64,000 nt of DNA from a virus. Lineage: Duplodnaviria; Caudoviricetes. The notes under the pieces are model-generated. The model had not been told where the DNA came from and made no database searches. It was given only the letters and a program-made list of their open reading frames with translations. A program made the position numbers and the translations under genes. Location: IMG/VR virus record IMGVR_UViG_3300032053_000004, positions 128,001-192,000 of that record; one strand, written 5' to 3'. Positions 57,722-64,000 of the stretch are shown in pieces. Positions within the stretch are counted from its first letter, which is position 1. Every line of letters begins with the position of its first letter.

Positions 57722-57756
57722 GATTCACGTTACCAAAATCGTATGGTATTGATATG
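57719..57756. promoter_or_regulatory. Back-to-back -10-like elements serving divergent, apparently leaderless genes
   Basis: + strand TATGGT-6nt-ATG; - strand TGG-TAACGT-5nt-GTG. Only 32 nt separate the two start codons, with no SD. Confidence 0.55.
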
Positions 57757-59928
57757 GCTGGACCTAAATGGAATCCTCCAAGAATCCCTGACCCAAATTA
57801 TCTTGGTGGAGCTAGACAAGAATCTGAGGGTACTAGTGAATCCAAGTCATTCTTGGGGGCTGGTCGAATAATCCATGTTGATACCGCAAGCATGGTTTGT
57901 TCGGTTGTAGGAGAAACTGGAACTTGGTCTAGAAACGATGTTCTTCTCCCATCCCCGGCTGGTTCTGGTCCGAGATCATGGGCCGGATCGATCCCAGAAC
58001 CTGGAACTAGAGTTTTAGTTGGTTGGTCTAAAGTTGGATCTCGCGGGTTTAAACCTCAAATTGTTCAATTTCTAACTTCTGGGACTTATTTAAGTAGAGA
58101 TTACGCACCATTTCAATCAGTTTCTCCAGATCAAGCTAGAATAGCTTTAGATGCTGACCCATCATTAGCTGATGATCCTGCCATAAATCTTAAAGCAATA
58201 CGTCTTAAATCTCCTAAAGGTTATCCTGGTGATTACGTTGTTTCTTCGTCTAGCGGAGCGGATTCCGTTATGGATCGCGACGTTTGGTTTACCAATCGGG
58301 CTGGGAATGAGATTAGGCTTCGAGATTCAGATCAGTCATATATTCTTCAAACAATAAATGAATTCGTTTCAAATTCGGCCGGTTATTACCGAAGAGGTCT
58401 CATTAAAAGGAACGCTTTTAATTTTCTTCCGGATATACCTGTTGATGATAAAGGAAATGTAAAAAAAGATAGTCCAGCATTTACGACAATGCTGAAACTC
58501 GGTTTAATTAATAAAGATGGGACTAAGATATTAGCTGATGATCCAAATAACTTATTTTATCCATATGATGTTCTTTCTGATGGTCAAAGAGCAAGTTTCA
58601 TAGTTCGTGATGAAAGAAATTTTAGATTTTCTGAAACTAATGAATGTTATGTAGAAGATCGAGCTGATATACGCCATACGTCAGATGGTGTTATGTCTGT
58701 AACTGCTGAAGGAGACGGAGTACAAATAGAAAGTTTCGCCCCATATATTGAAGATGTGAAAGGAACTATTGTTGGAAATGATCCGAAATTTCCAGATGAA
58801 TATAAACAAGTGCTTACGATGCAGTTGTTTGATGATGCAGAACCTGGGTATACGACTGGAATAATCCCGAAATATTCGACTGCTGATACCTTAGAAAAAA
58901 ATACTGATGATACCGATAGTCGAGCTTTAGCTAGGCTTTTTACAATTCAATGCCCAGTAAATTCAAATAAATATACGTTCGGAGTTTCAAAAGAAGGTCG
59001 TGTTTTTCTTCATGTCCCAGCTAGCAGTGGAAAAATTTCTCCTGAAGACAAAGGGAAATCAATTGATTTAAACACTGCTGGGAAAGTTCGAGCTGTTTTA
59101 GGGGCAGATCCGGCGGATTCAGTTAGTCTATTTTTTAATATGGCTGGTGGTATTAAAGGAACCATCGGTCGAATGAATAATGACGGTCAGGGTCAGGCTG
59201 ATGGTAATTCTATCGACATGACTCTTAAGGGCGGGATATTTTTAAGATATGAAGGAAATGATAGCAACGGTCTTGCTCGTGGAGCTACTGTTGGCGGATC
59301 TTCTTTTGATTCAGTATCAGCTAACGCATTTCAAAATGTAGGTGGTAGTTCTTCTGAACTTGTTGGTGGAGCGAAAACGGTTGAAGCTACGTCAATAAAT
59401 GAAAATTGCGGGCCTGGTGGAAGGAGGATGAAATCCTCCGGAGATGTTTTCGAGATAGTAGCTGGAAAGACTTCTCGAGCTTACGCTCTTCCTAGAATAT
59501 CAACTTTTGCACTTAATGATACAAAAGTTGTTATTGCAGGTGCTGATAGCGAAACTGTTTTAGTTGGGTCCAAATTAAGAACGGTTACTGCCGGGGCTGG
59601 AATCGTAGATACTGTTGGAGCTGGAAATTATGTTGGATCTGTGGGCGCTGGAAGTTATTCAATATCTGTGGGCGCTGGGTCTCTTTCCATTGCTGTTGGG
59701 GCTGGTGCTATCAGTTTAGCAACAGCAGCTGGGGCTGCTACATTTGCATCGTCGTTGACCACGACAATAGCCGGTGGGGTCGCGACTGTCGTCACGGCTC
59801 CATTAGTTACGATAGGGGCAGTTCCAGTCGGAGGAGCCGTCTCGGGCATTCCAGGCCCTCCTGGACCCCATATTGATTATGTAACAGGCATCCCTATTCG
59901 TGGGTCTGCCTTAGTATTGATGGGCTAA
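57754..59928 (+). CDS. Baseplate central spike (gp5/gpV-like)
   Basis: N-terminal OB-like region (GRIIHVD...IPEPGTRVLVGW), C-terminal Gly-rich beta-repeat region, and PHIDYVTG.P apex motif. Confidence 0.8.
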   Translation: MAGPKWNPPRIPDPNYLGGARQESEGTSESKSFLGAGRIIHVDTASMVCSVVGETGTWSRNDVLLPSPAGSGPRSWAGSIPEPGTRVLVGWSKVGSRGFKPQIVQFLTSGTYLSRDYAPFQSVSPDQARIALDADPSLADDPAINLKAIRLKSPKGYPGDYVVSSSSGADSVMDRDVWFTNRAGNEIRLRDSDQSYILQTINEFVSNSAGYYRRGLIKRNAFNFLPDIPVDDKGNVKKDSPAFTTMLKLGLINKDGTKILADDPNNLFYPYDVLSDGQRASFIVRDERNFRFSETNECYVEDRADIRHTSDGVMSVTAEGDGVQIESFAPYIEDVKGTIVGNDPKFPDEYKQVLTMQLFDDAEPGYTTGIIPKYSTADTLEKNTDDTDSRALARLFTIQCPVNSNKYTFGVSKEGRVFLHVPASSGKISPEDKGKSIDLNTAGKVRAVLGADPADSVSLFFNMAGGIKGTIGRMNNDGQGQADGNSIDMTLKGGIFLRYEGNDSNGLARGATVGGSSFDSVSANAFQNVGGSSSELVGGAKTVEATSINENCGPGGRRMKSSGDVFEIVAGKTSRAYALPRISTFALNDTKVVIAGADSETVLVGSKLRTVTAGAGIVDTVGAGNYVGSVGAGSYSISVGAGSLSIAVGAGAISLATAAGAATFASSLTTTIAGGVATVVTAPLVTIGAVPVGGAVSGIPGPPGPHIDYVTGIPIRGSALVLMG

Positions 59929-59930
59929 TC

Positions 59931-60512
59931 ATGGCTATAAATCAAGGGACTGCTTTACCAATATTTTTATCTACGCTTACTGCAAATGCATTTTTAGGCA
60001 TATCTTCTCCACAACTTGCTAGTGGTTTAGCAAATGCCATATCTACTTACGCTTTAAGCGGCATAATTGCAACATCTGTTGATACCGGGGTTTTCGGGGT
60101 CGGGGCTGGGATTGGATTTGGTATTATTTTGCCTTCTTCTACTTTAGCTGCTGCTTTTATTGGAACTTTTCCTGCTAATTTAATAGCTGGCCCTATGTCC
60201 TTACCATTAATAAATGCAATATCTTTAGGACTTATGCAAGTTTTTGCTATAGCGAATATAATCACTGTTAGCCCAACCGTTGGGATTGGCGCAGGAATAG
60301 TTTCCTTAGTCCCGAACCCTGCCATATCCATACCTGCATTTATTGGTGGTTTTTCTGCTGCTGGGATTGTTGGGGTTGCTTCTCAAAATCTGGCTCGAGC
60401 TGTTGCAATCGGACTTGATTCTGTGCTCACATCGGCTGTCGGAGCTGTTGTTATAGCCGGATCACCATCCGTGATACCATCGGCTGGAGTGGGAGTTGGG
60501 AAAGTTTTTTAG
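59931..60512 (+). CDS. Very hydrophobic Gly/Ala-rich protein, candidate spike tip
   Basis: Four charged residues in 193 aa; immediately follows the spike gene. Confidence 0.5.
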   Translation: MAINQGTALPIFLSTLTANAFLGISSPQLASGLANAISTYALSGIIATSVDTGVFGVGAGIGFGIILPSSTLAAAFIGTFPANLIAGPMSLPLINAISLGLMQVFAIANIITVSPTVGIGAGIVSLVPNPAISIPAFIGGFSAAGIVGVASQNLARAVAIGLDSVLTSAVGAVVIAGSPSVIPSAGVGVGKVF

Positions 60513-60568
60513 AATCTTTGTGGATTAGAAATAAATTAGTATTATTATGGGTACCGTATTGATGAGAT

Positions 60569-63500
60569 ATGACGCTTAATACTACAGGGTTTTTCTTAGA
60601 AAATACCAGAGTTTCAACTGGTAACAGCGTTTATACGTTCCCCCCGACAGTCGGGGTGACTGATTCTACTTCTTTCAATTCATCTACAGGACGGGTTGAA
60701 TATTTAGTAACTTCTGATAGTTTAAGTTCTAGTACTTATGGTTTAGAAATTGCCGATCCAGATCTTCGTTTTCTATGGACAAAAAATGAAACTCCAAACA
60801 ATATAGCCATAAACAGGTTTGATTATGATAACTTTGGGAGAAGATGGTCACCTCTTCCCGGATCTTCCCCAACAAATTTAGGGCCTATAGCGAATGGTTT
60901 AATTGTTCAAGTTCCGGATTTAATATCAACTGATTCTCCATTTGATATTTATATCGGTTCTCCAATCAGAGTTGTTACTTTCATCCCTCAAATAGTTGAT
61001 TCTTTTGGATCCCCACCTATTGGGACTGTTGAAATTAAAAGTAACACCGGTGAATTGAATTTCAATTCAATCGATATAGGTCAATATTCAGGTCAGTCTA
61101 TCTTATACACAAGACAGAGTTTTTTTGATCGTCAAAAGAATAAAGGAATAATAGGGAGTTTTCCTTCTTCCGCTTTTTTAACTTTCTCCCTTTTTCTCAA
61201 TCCAAGACCTGGAAGTGGTCAAATACCGAAAATTAGAATTGGATATCAAAGTTATTTGAACGGGGTTCAAGTCCCGAGTAAAACTTCTTTCACTTCTCAA
61301 CTGTCTGGAAATTTTCAGTGGGCTTTAGATACTGGTGAATTAAATTTCTCTTTAACTGATATAACTAACAATCTTTCTGAAGTCATATATTATGATGGCG
61401 TTTATATTAGTTCTTTCCAATTATTAAGAACTCTTGCTGGAACAATATCCGGATCTACTTCTTCCTTTCCTTCTTCTACTTTCAATACTTCAAATTTTGT
61501 CAGTCTTGTTGATCCGGTTAAGTATGTGTTGGTAGCAGAAAAAACAAATAAACCGAGAATTTATTTTTCCATAATAATTGTTAAAACAACTGTTGGCTTA
61601 AGTCCTCCTCCTTCTGGGTCAGTTTATATTGATAGTATAACTGGCTCCGTTTATTTTAATTCTACCGATATTTCTACATATGATGGATATTCAATTTCAT
61701 ATATAAACACAATCGCTTTGGTTGAAAGAGGAGTTTCAGTACAGTTTTTTAGGAGTGGTGCTAACTCTACAAAAACTGCACAAGTAAGTGACTTTCAAAT
61801 TAGATATGAAATCCCTGATCCTCCGGCAACTCAAGGACAGCTAATACAAAACGGGATTTTACAAACTCCATTTGTAATGCTCCCGACAATTCCGATTGTA
61901 AATAGTAATCTTAAATATGAAGTTGTAGCAGGATCCGGAACATTCACTGGAATTTTAAAGGATGGGAAAGATCCGACGAAACTTGGTATCGGTTATTTTC
62001 TTGATTTAGACAACAAGCAATTAAATTTTACTCAACGAAAAAATATAGTATTTACTCTCCCAAAATCAACATCTATGGTGAAGATTCCGGATTCATCAGT
62101 TATAAGTGCCGGGTTGTCGATTGAGAAAAACGATGTATCGATAACTCCTGGAGTTGATTTTAGTTTTAATCAAGTTTCCGGTATTTTGGAGTTTACTCAA
62201 CCCATTGGAATAAATGATCCAAACAACATAAACAACATTGTAGGTTCTGTAACTCTTTCAAATATTTATATAGCAAGCCAGGACACTTTTTCTGGATCTA
62301 ATGTTGGAAAGTTTCTTCTTATTGAAAATGGCCCAAATGTTGGAATCTACACGATTACGAGTTTTGACTCTCCAACAACAATTCGGGTTTCTCCTGATTT
62401 CATTTCTTCCGGTGCTACGATAGCAAGTGTTGTTCAATCAGAAGAAACAATAGCAGACAGATTTTTCATAAATTTTCTTCCTCCTTTCAAAAAATTTAAA
62501 CTTGAGAGAGCAGAAAATTCTACTAGTTCGTTTGTTACACTAGAAAATACTGAATACTCAGTTCAACCTGATGCTGGAATTGTCAGTATTTTGACTCCAG
62601 CTTTACCTGGAAATGTTTATAGAATAAATTATATCCATTTAGCTCCAGATTCTCAAGGACTTTCAACAGTTCCAACAGATATTATTGAAATCGGATCGAG
62701 TAAGATTCGTCTTGAAAAAGCCACAACAACTGTTGGATCTAGAACCATAGCATTTAACCCTGATAATCGACCCATTGATACTACTAGACCAATAGTTGCT
62801 TATATTGACGGAGTAACTCAAGAAGAAAACGCCTTTGTTTTTACACCCCCGAATAGGATTGATTTAATCGTTCCTATTACTTCTAATACTGAAATTGTTA
62901 AAGTTGATTATTATGTGAATGAATGCTTAGGAGGTGAAACGTCATTTAATACTTTGTATACTCCGATTGATATAGATAAACCAACGTTTGTTTCAAATTC
63001 AAACACAACGACTTTTAACGGAAATCAAACGAATTATTTTTCTCCAGGTTCTCCTATACGAATAATAAGTACAAGTGAAATAGTTTTAGTACAATCTTCA
63101 TCTTATGATTCTGTAAACGACGTTACAAATGTTGTTCTCGAAAAACCGTTATCCAGCAATTTTTTTGGAGAAGGAATACTTCTTAGTGAATCTGTCACGC
63201 AATCGTATAGAATAATAGAAACTTCAATCGTTAGTGCTGTTGCCTTTAATACGAACTTCATTTCCATTAATGAAGATAAATCTGCAGTCTATCAAAACGG
63301 AACCATAATCACTCTTGATGATGACCCATATTTAGTAGTTTCTTCATCTTATGATTCGAACATAAATAGAACTAAAGTTAATTTTGGTTCTTCTGCAATC
63401 AGAAATTATATTCTTCCGGTAGTCACAAGAACCGTAAGGCCGGTTTTTCTTCCGAGTTCTAAATTTAATACACTGAACTTTGCCGATGTTACAAGTTTCC

Positions 63501-64000
63501 CATTTACACTCATAAAAATGGGTCAAACTCGAAAAATTCTAATTCGTGATGTTGACTATTCAGTTTCTGAAGGTGGAAATATAACTTTAACTACAAAAAT
63601 CATCTATGGAGACTCACTTCATGCTTTATATGTAGCTCGTGTCGATCAACCAGCTGGAACAAAGTTTAAGATAAATTATGCACATCAAATAGCTCCAAAT
63701 GAATCTAATGGAATATCTGGTCAAAAGCTATATGCGAATTATGATTTATATGCACCTGATGCTTTCTTCTATCGTATAGAAACATTTCAAACTTTCCTCC
63801 CAGAAGTTCAAGAAGATATTAAAAGAGGTACTCAATCAGCTGGAGTGTCTGGCCCCAATACTTCTGATTCTACGTCTTTGCAAAATAAAGATCAGGGTTC
63901 TCCTAGCCCAGGTTATGATGAGACTCATCTTTTTAATTTAGACGTTGTTATAATTCGTCTTCTTCAGTATTATAACGATCTTGTAAATCAATATGAGGAT
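60569..64000 (+). CDS. Large beta-rich baseplate/tail structural protein (3'-truncated, >1144 aa), absent from the ORF track
   Basis: ATG at 60569 opens a frame (MTLNTTGFFLENTRV...) that reads without a stop by my translation to the window end (...YYNDLVNQYED). S/T/I/V/N/F-rich. Confidence 0.85.
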   Translation, partial: MTLNTTGFFLENTRVSTGNSVYTFPPTVGVTDSTSFNSSTGRVEYLVTSDSLSSSTYGLEIADPDLRFLWTKNETPNNIAINRFDYDNFGRRWSPLPGSSPTNLGPIANGLIVQVPDLISTDSPFDIYIGSPIRVVTFIPQIVDSFGSPPIGTVEIKSNTGELNFNSIDIGQYSGQSILYTRQSFFDRQKNKGIIGSFPSSAFLTFSLFLNPRPGSGQIPKIRIGYQSYLNGVQVPSKTSFTSQLSGNFQWALDTGELNFSLTDITNNLSEVIYYDGVYISSFQLLRTLAGTISGSTSSFPSSTFNTSNFVSLVDPVKYVLVAEKTNKPRIYFSIIIVKTTVGLSPPPSGSVYIDSITGSVYFNSTDISTYDGYSISYINTIALVERGVSVQFFRSGANSTKTAQVSDFQIRYEIPDPPATQGQLIQNGILQTPFVMLPTIPIVNSNLKYEVVAGSGTFTGILKDGKDPTKLGIGYFLDLDNKQLNFTQRKNIVFTLPKSTSMVKIPDSSVISAGLSIEKNDVSITPGVDFSFNQVSGILEFTQPIGINDPNNINNIVGSVTLSNIYIASQDTFSGSNVGKFLLIENGPNVGIYTITSFDSPTTIRVSPDFISSGATIASVVQSEETIADRFFINFLPPFKKFKLERAENSTSSFVTLENTEYSVQPDAGIVSILTPALPGNVYRINYIHLAPDSQGLSTVPTDIIEIGSSKIRLEKATTTVGSRTIAFNPDNRPIDTTRPIVAYIDGVTQEENAFVFTPPNRIDLIVPITSNTEIVKVDYYVNECLGGETSFNTLYTPIDIDKPTFVSNSNTTTFNGNQTNYFSPGSPIRIISTSEIVLVQSSSYDSVNDVTNVVLEKPLSSNFFGEGILLSESVTQSYRIIETSIVSAVAFNTNFISINEDKSAVYQNGTIITLDDDPYLVVSSSYDSNINRTKVNFGSSAIRNYILPVVTRTVRPVFLPSSKFNTLNFADVTSFPFTLIKMGQTRKILIRDVDYSVSEGGNITLTTKIIYGDSLHALYVARVDQPAGTKFKINYAHQIAPNESNGISGQKLYANYDLYAPDAFFYRIETFQTFLPEVQEDIKRGTQSAGVSGPNTSDSTSLQNKDQGSPSPGYDETHLFNLDVVIIRLLQYYNDLVNQYED

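Noticed and set aside
28587-60512. Extracellular contractile injection system or T6SS rather than a phage
   Set aside because: Probable head-tail neck genes, a long phage-type tape measure, a ligase and free-standing endonucleases point to a phage. This is not fully excluded, since no capsid gene is in the window.
2303-63526. Numerous short antisense or nested track ORFs (e.g. 4033-, 4707-, 16192-, 30333-, 37161-, 63344-)
   Set aside because: They lie wholly within longer motif-bearing ORFs and mirror their low-complexity codon patterns.
1-64000. Stop-codon reassignment, tRNA or rRNA genes
   Set aside because: Long ORFs are intact under the standard code and TAA, TAG and TGA all terminate genes. 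The intergenic gaps are short and showed no cloverleaf by eye.

Overview
The window is part of the virion morphogenesis region of a large, AT-rich, contractile-tailed (myovirus-type, probably jumbo) bacteriophage that uses the standard genetic code. No capsid, portal or terminase gene is present, and the host cannot be assigned. Layout: (1) 1-6.4 kb, collagen-like and glycine-rich fibre genes plus a patatin, mostly on a GC-rich patch; (2) 6.4-14.9 kb, a glycosylation cassette (GT2-TPR-GT4, UDP-xylose synthase, methyltransferase, two more GT4s, B12 radical SAM); (3) 14.9-28.4 kb, a minimal ATP-dependent ligase, an HxH needle fibre, probable neck/tail-terminator genes, an actin-fold ATPase, a phosphatase, a histone/Rok-like protein and an array of small genes; (4) a 1681-aa tail sheath; (5) an AAA+ ATPase and further fibre genes; (6) the tail tube gene flanked by two Hef-like endonuclease genes and long palindromes; (7) probable tail chaperones, tape measure, two tube-like baseplate proteins, hub, spike, a spike-tip candidate and a >1144-aa ORF running off the end that the ORF track missed. 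The best candidate for an undescribed system is a 40-aa module (MKPSQVAIALRRIA..IQASKNPDKNLVARDLKKIISKIA). It is fused to five unrelated, mostly acidic small payloads, recurs ungapped at the C-terminus of a sixth protein, and survives as a decayed copy. It looks like a virion cargo-loading tag on a swappable cassette array. Other strong signals: the glycosylation cassette next to Thr/Ser-rich collagens, six His-His-Asp repeats inserted in the sheath, and a 76-bp direct repeat bracketing a baseplate gene that carries a probable cell-wall hydrolase. All product calls come from motif recognition by eye; no searches were run.
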